From positions 81,428-145,427 of the forward strand of contig JAJZPQ010000001.1 of assembly GCA_021811085.1 (NCBI GenBank): a stretch of DNA of 64,000 bases, read 5' to 3'. Shown piece by piece: positions 1-10,026 of the stretch. Within the stretch, counting starts at the first letter, position 1. Every line of letters begins with the position of its first letter. Below the pieces are notes generated by a model. That model had not been told where the DNA came from. It saw only the letters and a program-made list of their open reading frames with translations, and did no database searches. A program made the translations under genes and the position numbers. This stretch comes from Pseudomonadota bacterium. GTDB taxonomy: Bacteria; Pseudomonadota; Gammaproteobacteria; Burkholderiales; SG8-39.

Positions 1-220
1 GCCCGAGCGCGTGCTCGCGCTGTTCGCGCACCGGCGCGCGGCGAAAGTGACGCGCTACGACCTGCCGCTGTTGCGGGCCTTCAATTTCGTCATCGACGAC
101 GTGCTCGAGGGCGGGGTGAACGGCAGCCTCAATCTCGACGGCCACGGCAAGACCAATTCGTTCCGCCTGCTGAGTCTGCCGGTGGACGTGCCGCGCCGGC
201 TGGTGCGCGCGCCGCGCTGA
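1..220 (+). CDS. AtuA-related small protein, 3' part (5' end outside the window)
   Basis: Frame is open from the window edge; RYDLPLLRAFNFVIDDVLEGGVNGSLNLDGHGK resembles AtuA-like C-terminal domain proteins. Confidence 0.55.
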   Translation, partial: PERVLALFAHRRAAKVTRYDLPLLRAFNFVIDDVLEGGVNGSLNLDGHGKTNSFRLLSLPVDVPRRLVRAPR

Positions 221-236
221 ACGCGGTTACGAAGCT

Positions 237-590
237 TCAGCCGATCAGCTTGCGCAGCACGTGGCGGCGGTTGCGCGTATAGGGGCGCACCTCGCCCGGC
301 CAGCGGCCCGAGTCCACCGCTTTCGCCCAGGCTTCGCTCACGAGCACCTCGGGGCTTTCCAGCTCGTAGAACGCCATGTACTTCGGCTCGCCTTCCATGA
401 CGACGGTCTTTCTTTCGCCGCCGATGATCATGGCCAGCGGCTCCAGCTTGCAGCGCTTCGCCGATACGACGCCGGGTACTTTGAGCAGCAGCGGAATGTG
501 CTCGGTGTCGTAGACCTCGTTGAACAGCGCTTCCTTGTCGGCGTCGACGTCCATGCTGATGCTGAGAATGTAGTTCGCTTTGGCGGTCAT
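237..590 (-). CDS. EthD/DUF4286-like dimeric alpha-beta barrel protein
   Basis: MDVDADKEALFNEVYDTEHIPLLLKVPGV and KYMAFYELES motifs; start moved to the ATG at 590. Confidence 0.65.
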   Translation of the reverse strand: MTAKANYILSISMDVDADKEALFNEVYDTEHIPLLLKVPGVVSAKRCKLEPLAMIIGGERKTVVMEGEPKYMAFYELESPEVLVSEAWAKAVDSGRWPGEVRPYTRNRRHVLRKLIG

Positions 591-738
591 GAGAGTGCGT
601 CGCTCCTGGAATGGTCGATATTGCGCTGAATTGCGCGCGCACGATTCTACCAAGTTTGCCCGGGACATCAGCGCGCGTTTCCTTGATGCGCGTCCATCGG
701 TTATGATTCCGCCACCGCGGGCGCAGCAAGGCTGATAC

Positions 739-1230
739 ATGGCATCACATCGCGACGGTTTTACCATGATGGAGCTGATGGTGGTCATCGCGATCATCTG
801 CATCCTGGCTTTGATTGCGGCACCCAGCTATCTCGACCAGATGATCAGGAAGCAAATCGTCGACGCCGTCCCGCTCGCCGACATCGTAAAGACGCCGATC
901 GCGGCCGCGTGGGCCATCCAGCATTCCCTGCCGCGCGACAACGCCGGCGCCGGATTGCCGGCCGCCGACAAGATCGTGAACAACTTCATCAGTTCGGTGA
1001 CGGTGCAGGACGGCGCAATCCAGATCGTTTTCGGCAACAGCGTCAATTCCGCCATTAAAGGGAAAGTCCTCAGCCTCCGCCCGGCCGTGGTGGAAGACGC
1101 GCCTATCGTGCCGGTCGCCTGGGTGTGCGGCAATGCGCCGGTGCCGGGCAAGATGACGATCAAGGGCGAAAACAAGACCAATATTCCCGCGGCCTACCTG
1201 CCGCTCAATTGCCGCAAGCCCGGCACCTAG
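739..1230 (+). CDS. Type IV pilin (PilA/PilE-like)
   Basis: Prepilin cleavage motif G|FTMMELMVVIAII with Glu5; C-terminal Cys pair (WVC...NC). Confidence 0.9.
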   Translation: MASHRDGFTMMELMVVIAIICILALIAAPSYLDQMIRKQIVDAVPLADIVKTPIAAAWAIQHSLPRDNAGAGLPAADKIVNNFISSVTVQDGAIQIVFGNSVNSAIKGKVLSLRPAVVEDAPIVPVAWVCGNAPVPGKMTIKGENKTNIPAAYLPLNCRKPGT

Positions 1231-1238
1231 TGGGAACG

Positions 1239-2213
1239 ATGACTGCGCTGCTGCAGGTGGAAGGATTGCGCGTCGAAATCCCGACGCCGATGGGCCGGCT
1301 GCATGCGGTGCGCGGCGTGGATCTCGCGCTCGGAGCCGGCGAGACCTTGTGCCTGGTGGGCGAATCCGGCTGCGGCAAGTCGCTCACCGCACTCGCGCTG
1401 ATGGGTTTGCTGCCGCGCGCGGCGCGGCGCAGCGCGACGCGCTTCGCGTTCGCGGGCGAGGATTTGCAGCGCGCGGGGGAGCGGCGCATGGCCGATCTGC
1501 GCGGCAATCGCCTGGCGATGATTTTCCAGGAGCCGATGACTTCGCTCAATCCGTCCTGGTCCATCGGCAACCAGCTCGAGGAGGGCTGGCTGCGCCATCG
1601 CGGCGGGCACCGGGCGGCGGCGCGCGAGCGCGCGCTGCACCTGCTCGAGCGCGTGGGCATCACCGGCGCCGCGCAGCGCCTGGGGCAATACCCGCATGAA
1701 CTCTCGGGCGGCCTGCGCCAGCGCGTGATGATCGCGATGGCGCTGATGTGCGCGCCGGCGCTGATGATCGCGGACGAGCCGACCACGGCGCTGGACGTCA
1801 CGGTGCAGGCGCAGATCCTGCATCTGCTGAAGGAGCTGCAGCGCGAATTCGGCATGGGCCTGATCCTGATCACCCATGACCTGGGCATCGTCGCGCGCGT
1901 GGCCGACCGCGTGGCGGTGATGTATGCGGGCGAAATCGTCGAGCAGGGCCCGGTGGCGCAGCTGTTCGCGCGGCCGGCGCATCCGTATACGCGCGGGCTG
2001 CTCGCCTGCATCCCGGTGCCGGGACGGCTCGCGCCGGGCGAGCGCCTGGGCACGATTCCCGGCGTGGTGAGCCCCCCGATCGGGACGCTCACCGGCTGCC
2101 AGTTCCGCAACCGCTGCGCCGAGGCCGAAGACCAATGCGCCACGCGCGCGTTCGAGCTGCGCGGACTGGGCGGCAGCCACCGCCTGCGCTGCAGGCTGGG
2201 CAACGCAATATGA
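1239..2213 (+). CDS. Peptide/nickel ABC transporter ATP-binding protein (DppD/OppD-like)
   Basis: Walker A GESGCGKS, LSGG signature, DEPTTALD, C-terminal CQFRNRC. Confidence 0.92.
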   Translation: MTALLQVEGLRVEIPTPMGRLHAVRGVDLALGAGETLCLVGESGCGKSLTALALMGLLPRAARRSATRFAFAGEDLQRAGERRMADLRGNRLAMIFQEPMTSLNPSWSIGNQLEEGWLRHRGGHRAAARERALHLLERVGITGAAQRLGQYPHELSGGLRQRVMIAMALMCAPALMIADEPTTALDVTVQAQILHLLKELQREFGMGLILITHDLGIVARVADRVAVMYAGEIVEQGPVAQLFARPAHPYTRGLLACIPVPGRLAPGERLGTIPGVVSPPIGTLTGCQFRNRCAEAEDQCATRAFELRGLGGSHRLRCRLGNAI

Positions 2214-3178
2214 GTGAAGCGCTGCTCGAACTGGTCGAGGTCGAGCGGCGCTTCAGCGTGAGCGCGGGGCTGTTCCGCGGCCGGCGCGCGCTGCATGCGG
2301 TGAACGGCGTGTCGCTCGCGCTGCGCCGCGGCGAGGTGCTCGGGCTGGTAGGTGAATCCGGCTGCGGCAAATCGACGCTCGGAAGGATGCTGCTGGGCTT
2401 GATGCCGGCGAGCGCGGGCGAAATCCGGCTCGAAGGGCGGCCGCTCGCCGCGTTCAGCACGCGCGAGCTCGCGCGGCGGGTGCAGCCCATATTCCAGGAT
2501 CCCTATTCCTCGCTCAATCCGCGCAAGACCGTAGGCGCGATCGTCGGGCTGCCGCTGGCGGTGCACGGCATCGAAGCCGACGCGCGCGCCAGGCGCAAGC
2601 GGGTGCAGGAGACCATGGAGCGCGTCGGCCTGCCGCCGCGTTTTTTTCACAGCTACCCGAATCAGCTCTCCGGCGGCCAGCGCCAGCGCGTCGCGATCGC
2701 GCGCGCGCTGGTGATGCGGCCGGAAATCCTGATCTGCGACGAGCCGACCTCGGCGCTCGATGTGTCGGTGCAGTCGCAGATCCTGAACCTGCTCGAAGAC
2801 ATGCGGCGCGAATTCGATCTCACCTATCTCCTGATCAGCCACAACCTTGCGGTGGTGGAACACATCGCCACGCGCGTCGCGGTCATGTATCTCGGGCGCA
2901 TCGTCGAGGAGGCCGACACCGTGCAGCTGTTCCGCGCGCCGCGCCACCCCTATACGCGCGCGCTGCTCGCTTCTGTGCTCACGCCCGAACCGGGGCTGGG
3001 CGTGCCGGACACGCATCTGGGCGTGAGCTATCCGAATCCCCTGGATCCGCCGCCGGGCTGCACGTTTCACCCGCGCTGCGGCGAAGCGATGCCGGTCTGC
3101 CGCGAGCGCGCGCCCGCGGCGCTCGCCGACGTGCGCGGCCGCGTCGAATGCCATCTATATGACAATGCGGTAAAGTAG
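2210..3178 (+). CDS. Peptide ABC transporter ATP-binding protein (DppF/OppF-like)
   Basis: GESGCGKST, LSGGQRQR, DEPTSALD, GCTFHPRC; ATGA overlap with the previous gene. Confidence 0.92.
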   Translation: MSEALLELVEVERRFSVSAGLFRGRRALHAVNGVSLALRRGEVLGLVGESGCGKSTLGRMLLGLMPASAGEIRLEGRPLAAFSTRELARRVQPIFQDPYSSLNPRKTVGAIVGLPLAVHGIEADARARRKRVQETMERVGLPPRFFHSYPNQLSGGQRQRVAIARALVMRPEILICDEPTSALDVSVQSQILNLLEDMRREFDLTYLLISHNLAVVEHIATRVAVMYLGRIVEEADTVQLFRAPRHPYTRALLASVLTPEPGLGVPDTHLGVSYPNPLDPPPGCTFHPRCGEAMPVCRERAPAALADVRGRVECHLYDNAVK

Positions 3179-3205
3179 CTGCGTCAACCAAGGAGGAGAA
3201 CAACC

Positions 3206-4729
3206 ATGACTTCGTACCGCAAGCTGCTTCGTGTCACGCTGCTCGCCGCGGCCCTCGCCTTCACCCTGCCGGCCGAAGCGGGCAAGCGCGACAATTCCAT
3301 CAAGTGGGCGGCCAACCAGGTGCCCGAGAGCCTGGACGCGTATTTCAACAACGTGCGCATCGGCGTGATCCTCGCGCACTACATCTGGGACACGCTCGTC
3401 TACCGCGACCCGAAGACGAACGAATACAAGCCTTCACTGGCGACCGCCTGGCGCTGGGTCGACGACAAGACGCTCGAGTTCGACCTGCGCCATGGCGTCA
3501 AATTCCACAACGGCGAGGCCTTCGATGCCGACGACGTGGTGTACACGCTCAACTTCGTGTCCAAGCCCGAGAACAAGTCGACCACGCAGCAGAACGTGAA
3601 TTGGATCGCATCGGCCGAGAAGATCGATCAGTTCAAGGTGCGCATCCATCTGAAGAAGCCCTTCCCCGCGGCGCTGGAGTACCTCGCCGGCCCGGTCGCG
3701 ATCTATCCAGGCAAGTATTACGCCAAGGTCGGACCCAAAGGCATGAGCGAGAAGCCGGTCGGCTCCGGGCCTTACATGGTGGTGGAGAACCAGCCGGGGC
3801 GGCTGGTGCGGATGAAGCGCAACCCCAACTATTTCAAGGACAGCCCCAAGCCTCAGCCGCAGATCGAGACGCTGGAACTGCGCCTGATTCCGGACCAGAA
3901 CACGCAGACGGCGGAGCTGATGGCCGGCGGCCTGGACTGGATTTTCAACGTGCCGCCGGACCAGGCCGAGCAGCTGAAGACCGTGCCGACGCTGCGGGTG
4001 AAGGCCGGCGAGACCATGCGCGTGGTGTTCCTGACCATGGCCTCGGGCGACAAGACGCCGACGCCGATACTGAAGGACATACGCGTGCGCAAGGCCATCA
4101 TCCACGCGATCAACCGCCAGGCCATGCTGAAGACCGTGGTCGGCGAATCGGCGCGCATGATCAACACGTTGTGCTTCCCGGCCCAGTTCGGCTGCACCGA
4201 CGAGGGGGCGCCGCGCTACGACTACAATCCGGCGAAAGCGAAGGCGTTGCTGGCCGAGGCCGGCTATCCGAACGGCTTCGACATCGATCTGTACGCCTAC
4301 CGCGAGCGACCGCAGACCGAGGCGGTGATCGGCTACCTGCGCGCGGTCGGCATCCGCGCCAATCTGCGCTTCATGCAATACGCGGCGATGCGCGATGCGA
4401 TACGCGAGCACAAGGCCGGCTTCGCGCACCAGACCTGGGGCTCGTTCTCCGTGAACGACGTTTCCGCGATGACCCCGGTGTATTTCAAGTTCTCCGCCGA
4501 CGACGTCACGCGCGATCAGCAAGTGCGCGATCTGCTCGAGGCCGGCGACACCTCGGTCAAGCCCGAAATGCGCAAGGTGGCGTACAAGAACGCGCTCAAG
4601 CGCATCGCCGAGGAGGCCTACGTGGTGCCGATGTACTCGCTGCCTGTCTACTATGCGTACGCCAAGGACCTGCAGTTCCAGCCCTATCCGGACGAGATTC
4701 CGCGCTTCTGGGAGTCCCGCTGGAAATGA
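3206..4729 (+). CDS. ABC transporter substrate-binding protein, family 5
   Basis: Signal peptide; LATAWRWVDDKTLEFDLRHGVKFHNGEAFDADDV and PVGSGPY motifs; RBS AGGAG. Confidence 0.92.
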   Translation: MTSYRKLLRVTLLAAALAFTLPAEAGKRDNSIKWAANQVPESLDAYFNNVRIGVILAHYIWDTLVYRDPKTNEYKPSLATAWRWVDDKTLEFDLRHGVKFHNGEAFDADDVVYTLNFVSKPENKSTTQQNVNWIASAEKIDQFKVRIHLKKPFPAALEYLAGPVAIYPGKYYAKVGPKGMSEKPVGSGPYMVVENQPGRLVRMKRNPNYFKDSPKPQPQIETLELRLIPDQNTQTAELMAGGLDWIFNVPPDQAEQLKTVPTLRVKAGETMRVVFLTMASGDKTPTPILKDIRVRKAIIHAINRQAMLKTVVGESARMINTLCFPAQFGCTDEGAPRYDYNPAKAKALLAEAGYPNGFDIDLYAYRERPQTEAVIGYLRAVGIRANLRFMQYAAMRDAIREHKAGFAHQTWGSFSVNDVSAMTPVYFKFSADDVTRDQQVRDLLEAGDTSVKPEMRKVAYKNALKRIAEEAYVVPMYSLPVYYAYAKDLQFQPYPDEIPRFWESRWK

Positions 4730-4771
4730 ACGAAGTTGATGCGCTCGACGCAATATGTGTCGCGTCCTCAT

Positions 4772-4848
4772 TGTCATCCTGAGCGAAGCGAAGGATCTGC
4801 TTTTTTCGTGGAAGAACAAGCAGATTTCTCGCTGCGCTCGAAATGACA
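4772..4848. repeat. REP-like palindromic element
   Basis: TGTCATCCTGAGCGAAGCGAAGGATCTGC ... GCAGATTTCTCGCTGCGCTCGAAATGACA imperfect inverted repeat between operon genes. Confidence 0.75.
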
Positions 4849-4877
4849 TGTCGTTCATCGGTAGTCGCTGAGCGGCC

Positions 4878-5795
4878 ATGCTGCAATACGCGCTCAAGCG
4901 GGCGGTATTGGCGCTGCTGGTGGCGCTCACGGTCTCGCTCATCTGCTTCCTGCTGGTGAACCTCTCGACCGACGTGGCCACGGCCATGGCGGGCGAAGGT
5001 GCAACGGCGGAAACGATAGACGCGATCCGCCACCAGTACGGCTTGGACCGGCCGCTCGCGGTGCAGTATTTCGAGTGGCTGGGCCACGCGGCGCGGGGCG
5101 ACTTCGGCGATTCGCTCTACTTTCACACGCCGGTGGCGGCGCTGGTGGCCGAGCGCATGCCCACCACCATGGTGCTCGGCGCCGCGGCGCTCGGCTTCGC
5201 GCTGCTCTTGTCAATACCGCTGGGCGTGATTGCCGCGCTCAAGCCCAACAGCTGGATCGACCGGCTCGCGCTGACCATCGCTGTGGTCGGCCAGGCGATG
5301 CCCACGTTCTGGTTTGCGCTGCTGCTGATGTACCTGTTCGGCGTTACGCTGCATCTCCTGCCCATATCCGGCGGCGACACCTGGCAGCATTTCATCCTGC
5401 CTTCGGTCGCGCTCGGCTACTACGCGACGCCGGCGATCATGCGCCTGACGCGCTCGGGCATGCTCGAAGTGCTCGAATCCGATTACATCCGCACCGCGCG
5501 CGCGAAAGGCCTCAGAAACACGAGCGTGCTGTTCAAGCATGCGCTCAGGAACGCCGTCGCGCCGGTGGTTGCGCTGGCTGCGGTGCAGCTCGGATTCCTG
5601 CTCGGCGGCTCGGTGGTGATCGAAACCGTATTCGCGCTGAACGGCCTGGGTTATCTCGCCTGGGAAGCCATAGGCCACAACGATTTCCCGGTGGTGCAGG
5701 CGGTGGTGCTGCTGATTTCGCTGGTCTACATCGTGCTGACGCTGCTCGCGGACCTGGCCAACGCCTGGCTCGATCCGCGCATCCGCATTGCCTGA
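4878..5795 (+). CDS. ABC transporter permease (DppB-like)
   Basis: YGLDRPLAVQYFEWL and DYIRTARAKGL EAA loop. Confidence 0.92.
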   Translation: MLQYALKRAVLALLVALTVSLICFLLVNLSTDVATAMAGEGATAETIDAIRHQYGLDRPLAVQYFEWLGHAARGDFGDSLYFHTPVAALVAERMPTTMVLGAAALGFALLLSIPLGVIAALKPNSWIDRLALTIAVVGQAMPTFWFALLLMYLFGVTLHLLPISGGDTWQHFILPSVALGYYATPAIMRLTRSGMLEVLESDYIRTARAKGLRNTSVLFKHALRNAVAPVVALAAVQLGFLLGGSVVIETVFALNGLGYLAWEAIGHNDFPVVQAVVLLISLVYIVLTLLADLANAWLDPRIRIA

Positions 5796-5799
5796 GGCC

Positions 5800-6711
5800 A
5801 TGAGCAATCACGCTGCCACCGTCGATGCTACTCTGACGGAATCGTTCGCCGGACCCTCGCCGGGCGAGTTGCTGCGCCGGCGCATACGCGGCCACGCGGG
5901 CCTGTTGATAGGCGCGGGAGTGCTCGCGCTGATCGTGCTGATGGCGTTCGCCGCGCCCTGGCTCGCGCCGCAGGACCCGTACGCGCAGGACCTCGCCAGC
6001 CGGCTGATTCCGCCGCTGTGGCACGAGAACGGAAGCTGGGTGCATCCGCTGGGCACCGACATGCTCGGCCGCGACTACCTGTCGCGCGTGGTCTACGGCT
6101 CGCGCATTTCGCTCCTGATCGGTTTCTCGGTGATGCTGATTTCGGGGGTGATCGGCGCCGTGCTCGGCATCGTGGCCGGCTATTTCGGCGGACGCACCGA
6201 CCTCGTCGTGACTTATCTGATCACGGTGCGCCTGTCGCTGCCGGTGATCCTGGTCGCGCTCACCACCGTGGCGCTGGCCGGCAGTTCGCTGTGGATGGTG
6301 ATCCTGGTGCTGGGCCTGCTGAAGTGGGACCGCTACGCCGTGGTGCTGCGCAGCGCGACGCAGCAGGTGCGCAACCTCGATTACGTGACCGCGGCGCGCG
6401 CGATCGGCTGCCCGACCTGGCGCGTCATCGCGGGCGAGGTGCTGCCGAACGTATCCAGCCATTTGATTGTCGTCGCGACGCTGGAAATGGGCAGCGCGAT
6501 CCTGCTCGAGGCGGCGCTGTCCTTCCTCGGTCTGGGCGTGCAGCCGCCCGCGCCCTCCTGGGGTCTGATGATCTCGGAGGCGAAAGGCTATATGTTTTTC
6601 AGCCCCTGGCTGATCAGCATTCCGGGCCTGGCGCTGTTCGCGCTGGTGCTCGCGATCAACCTGCTCGGCGACGGCGTGCGCGACGTGACCGCACCCGAAG
6701 GCCGCAGCTGA
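5800..6711 (+). CDS. ABC transporter permease (DppC-like)
   Basis: HPLGTDMLGRDYLSRVVYGSRISL; EAALSFLGLG. Confidence 0.92.
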   Translation: MSNHAATVDATLTESFAGPSPGELLRRRIRGHAGLLIGAGVLALIVLMAFAAPWLAPQDPYAQDLASRLIPPLWHENGSWVHPLGTDMLGRDYLSRVVYGSRISLLIGFSVMLISGVIGAVLGIVAGYFGGRTDLVVTYLITVRLSLPVILVALTTVALAGSSLWMVILVLGLLKWDRYAVVLRSATQQVRNLDYVTAARAIGCPTWRVIAGEVLPNVSSHLIVVATLEMGSAILLEAALSFLGLGVQPPAPSWGLMISEAKGYMFFSPWLISIPGLALFALVLAINLLGDGVRDVTAPEGRS

Positions 6712-6738
6712 GCACTTCAATTATTCCGGAGCAATACC

Positions 6739-8136
6739 ATGACACGTGCGGCGGCGATCAAGCAGAGCGAACGCTATTTCGACGACGGCGGCTTTTTCGC
6801 CGACCTGGCGCGGCGCGTGGCGATCAAAAGTGAAAGCCAGAATCCGGCGCGGCGCGCCGAACTGTCGGACTACCTCGAAAAGGAGATGCAGCCCAGCCTC
6901 GAGCGCTTGGGCTTTCGCTGCAGCCTGCTCGCGAATCCTGCGGACAAGGGCGGGCCGTTCCTCTACGCCGAGCGCATCGAGGACGCAGCACTGACGACAG
7001 TACTCAGCTACGGCCACGGCGACGTGATCCGGGGACAGGAGGAACAGTGGCGCACGGGTCTCGATCCCTGGGTGCTCAAGCGTGAAGGCGAGCGCCTGTA
7101 CGGCCGAGGCAGCGCCGACAACAAGGGCCAGCACACGATCAATCTGGGTGCGCTGGCGGTGGTGCTGCAGACGCGCGGGCGGCTGGGCTTCAACGTGAAG
7201 CTGCTGATCGAAACCGGCGAGGAAACCGGATCGCCCGGCCTGCGCCAGCTGTGCGAGCAGAACCAGCAGCGCTTCGCCGCCGACGTGCTCATCGCCTCCG
7301 ACGGGCCGCGGCTTACGCCTGCGCGCGCGACGATTTACCTCGGTACGCGCGGTGCGCAGAACTTCGATTTGAGCGTGGACCTGCGCGCGGGCGGGCATCA
7401 CTCCGGCAACTGGGGCGGGCTGCTCAGGAATCCAGCCATCGTGCTGGCGCAGGCGCTGGCCTGCATTACCGATGCGCGCGGCGCGATTCGCGTGCCCGAG
7501 TGGCGGCCGGATTCGCTTACCCCTGCGGTGCGCGCGGCGCTCGCCGATCTGGTCGTGGAAGGCGGTGCGGACGGCCCCGGCATCGATGCGGACTGGGGCG
7601 AGCCCGGGCTCACGCCGGCGGAACGCGTGTTCGGTTGGTGCAGCTTCGAGGTGCTCGCCTTCGTTGCCGGCAACCCGGACAAGCCGGTGAATGCGATTCC
7701 GCCGCGCGCGAGCGCGCACTGCCAGCTGCGCTACGTCGTCGGCGTGGACCCGGCCGACATCGTGCCGGCGCTGCGACGGCACCTGGATCGCAATGGCTTT
7801 GGCTTGGTGCAGCTGGCGCCGGCGCGCGACGGTTTCTTTGCGGCGACCCGCCTCGCGCCGGATCATCCCTGGGTCAGATGGACCGCCGCATCGATACAGC
7901 GCACGCTGGGGGCTGCGCCTGCGATTCTGCCCAATCTCGGCGGCTCCCTGCCCAACGACGTGTTCGCCGATGTGCTCGGTCTGCCTACGGTCTGGATTCC
8001 GCATTCCTATGCCGCCTGTTCGCAGCACGCGCCGAACGAGCACCTGCTCGCGCCGCTGGTGCGGGAGGCGCTCGCGCTCATGGCCGGGATTTTCTGGGAC
8101 CTGGGCGAAGCCGGAATTCCGGCGCGCGCCGCTTGA
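6739..8136 (+). CDS. M20 family metallopeptidase/amidohydrolase
   Basis: [23 protein letters not shown] and QHAPNE metal-binding motifs. Confidence 0.9.
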   Translation: MTRAAAIKQSERYFDDGGFFADLARRVAIKSESQNPARRAELSDYLEKEMQPSLERLGFRCSLLANPADKGGPFLYAERIEDAALTTVLSYGHGDVIRGQEEQWRTGLDPWVLKREGERLYGRGSADNKGQHTINLGALAVVLQTRGRLGFNVKLLIETGEETGSPGLRQLCEQNQQRFAADVLIASDGPRLTPARATIYLGTRGAQNFDLSVDLRAGGHHSGNWGGLLRNPAIVLAQALACITDARGAIRVPEWRPDSLTPAVRAALADLVVEGGADGPGIDADWGEPGLTPAERVFGWCSFEVLAFVAGNPDKPVNAIPPRASAHCQLRYVVGVDPADIVPALRRHLDRNGFGLVQLAPARDGFFAATRLAPDHPWVRWTAASIQRTLGAAPAILPNLGGSLPNDVFADVLGLPTVWIPHSYAACSQHAPNEHLLAPLVREALALMAGIFWDLGEAGIPARAA

Positions 8137-8242
8137 AGCGTGCTGCGGGGCACTTCGCACGTATATTATTGTCACAATGCCATGTTGGAGTAGGTCGCGG
8201 GACGATAAACTGATTCAGACGCCACAGAAGGAGGAGACCAGC

Positions 8243-8701
8243 ATGAAGACGAAATACCGACAGCCGGGTTTAATTGTGGTCTATGCGGCGGCGGTCTTGA
8301 CGCTGTCGCTTGCAGGCTGCGGCGACAAGCCCGCGACCGGGTTAGCGAGCGCAAAAATCGAGACCGCTGCCGACGTCGCTGCGCGTCAGGCGAAAGAAGC
8401 GGCTGCAGCGGCGCAGAAGCAAAAAGCCGAGCAGGAAAAGGCGCAGGCCGAGGCGGCGCAAAAGGCCGCGGACGCAAAAGCCGCAGCCGATCGCGAGTTG
8501 GCGAGCAAGGTGAAGGCGGCGCTGGCCGCGAGACCAGGCCTGAAACATCTGGCGCTGGATGTGAACGCTTCCGACGGCAACGTGACGCTATTCGGCACCG
8601 CGGACAGCAACGCGCAGCGGCGCGAGGCGGAAAAGATCGCCTCGCATGTGGCGGGCGTGCACGCGGTCAAGGACGCGCTGCAAATCGTCAGAGGCTCATA
8701 G
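8243..8701 (+). CDS. BON domain lipoprotein
   Basis: Lipobox LAGC after RBS GGAG; Ala/Lys-rich linker; BON motif LDVNASDGNVTLFGTA...VAGVHAVKDAL. Confidence 0.85.
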   Translation: MKTKYRQPGLIVVYAAAVLTLSLAGCGDKPATGLASAKIETAADVAARQAKEAAAAAQKQKAEQEKAQAEAAQKAADAKAAADRELASKVKAALAARPGLKHLALDVNASDGNVTLFGTADSNAQRREAEKIASHVAGVHAVKDALQIVRGS

Positions 8702-8713
8702 CCGCGCCCTGCG

Positions 8714-8890
8714 ATGCGCAGCATAGCCATACTGCACCCGGGCGGGGCGGGCGCGGCGATCGGCGCCGGTCTGCGCGCGGGTTTTCACCTGGCTGCGGCG
8801 GATGTCTACCGCAGGCTGGAGGAATTCGGGGATGCCGCCGAACCGCCGCCCGTGGACGAGGTCAAGGCCGCACTTCTGCATCGACCTTAG
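8714..8890 (+). pseudogene. Internally deleted NAD(P)-dependent oxidoreductase (DUF1932/6PGD-like) remnant
   Basis: My translation, 58 aa: MRSIAILHPGGAGAAIGAGLR|AGFHLAAADVYRRLEEFGDAAEPPPVDEVKAALLHRP*. A Rossmann-like start is joined directly to a C-terminus-like segment. Confidence 0.55.
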
Positions 8891-8982
8891 CCGGTTCCCG
8901 TAGGTTCAGGTCTCGCGTAAACACGCCCCAAAAGGGCGTGGACAAGAGTAGTATGCTCCCCTTTTTTTTGGAACCTTCCGCC

Positions 8983-9618
8983 ATGGCCTATTCGGTCAAG
9001 GAAATCTTCTACACCTTGCAGGGCGAAGGCGCGAACACGGGCCGGCCGGCGGTGTTCCTGCGCTTTGCGGGGTGCAATCTGTGGTCGGGGCGCGAGGCCG
9101 ACCGCGCCGAAGCCGTGTGCCGCTTTTGCGACACCGAGTTTGTCGGCACCGATGGCACAGGTGGCGGCAAGTTCGAAACCGCCGCAGCGCTGGCGCTTGC
9201 AGTCGAGCAGGCCTGGCCCGCGCCGCATGCGGCGCAGCGCCTGGTGGTATGCACTGGCGGCGAGCCGCTGCTGCAGCTCGATGCGGTCTTGGTCGCGGCC
9301 CTGCGCGCGCGCGGCTTCATGCTTGCGGTGGAAACGAACGGCACGCTCACCCCGCCCGCGGGCGAACTGTGGCTGACGGTGAGCCCGAAGGCCGGGGCGC
9401 CGCTCAGGCTGACGCAGGGCGACGAGCTGAAGTTGGTGTATCCGCAGACGGGCATCGAGCCGGAAGACTACGTGCAGCTGGCATTCAGGCATTTCTTTCT
9501 GCAGCCCATGGACGGCCCGGAGAAGGCGCGCAACACACGCCTCGCGACGGAGTACTGTCTCGCCCATCCGCGTTGGCGCCTGTCGCTGCAGACGCACAAA
9601 TTGATAGGAATACGTTGA
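8983..9618 (+). CDS. queE: 7-carboxy-7-deazaguanine synthase (radical SAM)
   Basis: [11 protein letters not shown]; CX14CX2C ([19 protein letters not shown]); CTGGEP; WRLSLQTHK. Confidence 0.95.
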   Translation: MAYSVKEIFYTLQGEGANTGRPAVFLRFAGCNLWSGREADRAEAVCRFCDTEFVGTDGTGGGKFETAAALALAVEQAWPAPHAAQRLVVCTGGEPLLQLDAVLVAALRARGFMLAVETNGTLTPPAGELWLTVSPKAGAPLRLTQGDELKLVYPQTGIEPEDYVQLAFRHFFLQPMDGPEKARNTRLATEYCLAHPRWRLSLQTHKLIGIR

Positions 9619-9983
9619 TGGAAATCTGGAAGGCATTCACGCTCGAATCGGCACACCGGCTGCCCAACGTCCCGCCGGGGCACAAGTGCGCACGCGTCCA
9701 CGGCCATTCGTTCCGCGTCGAGATCCACCTGAGCGGCGAGCTCGATCCGAAGCTGGGCTGGGTGCAGGATTTCGGCGACGTCTCAGCCGCGTTTCAGCCG
9801 CTGTACGAGCAGCTCGACCATCGCTACCTCAACGATATTCCCGGTCTGGAGAACCCGACCAGCGAGCAGCTCGCGCGCTGGATCTGGGCGAGGCTCAAAC
9901 CGGCGCTGCCTCTGCTCGCGCAGGTGGTGGTACACGAGACTTGCACCTGCGGCGCGATTTATCGCGGCGAGGACCAAACATGA
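9618..9983 (+). CDS. queD: 6-carboxytetrahydropterin synthase
   Basis: [41 protein letters not shown]; TGATG overlap with queE. Confidence 0.95.
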   Translation: MEIWKAFTLESAHRLPNVPPGHKCARVHGHSFRVEIHLSGELDPKLGWVQDFGDVSAAFQPLYEQLDHRYLNDIPGLENPTSEQLARWIWARLKPALPLLAQVVVHETCTCGAIYRGEDQT

Positions 9984-10026
9984 ATGCGGCCAGCGGCATG
10001 CGCCGGTAACTGAAGGGAGGAAAACG

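Noticed and set aside
739-1230. Pilin as a conductive e-pilus linked to Mtr
   Set aside because: Long pilin, few aromatic residues, and 50 kb from the cytochromes
8152-8178. dif-like sequence ACTTCGCACGTATATTATTGTCACAAT
   Set aside because: Gaps are needed in both arms to fit the 11-6-11 XerC/XerD layout; more likely part of the BON gene promoter
8891-8982. Possible preQ1 riboswitch upstream of queE (hairpin CACGCCC/GGGCGTG)
   Set aside because: Lacks the class I GGTTC-loop with A-rich tail and the class II consensus
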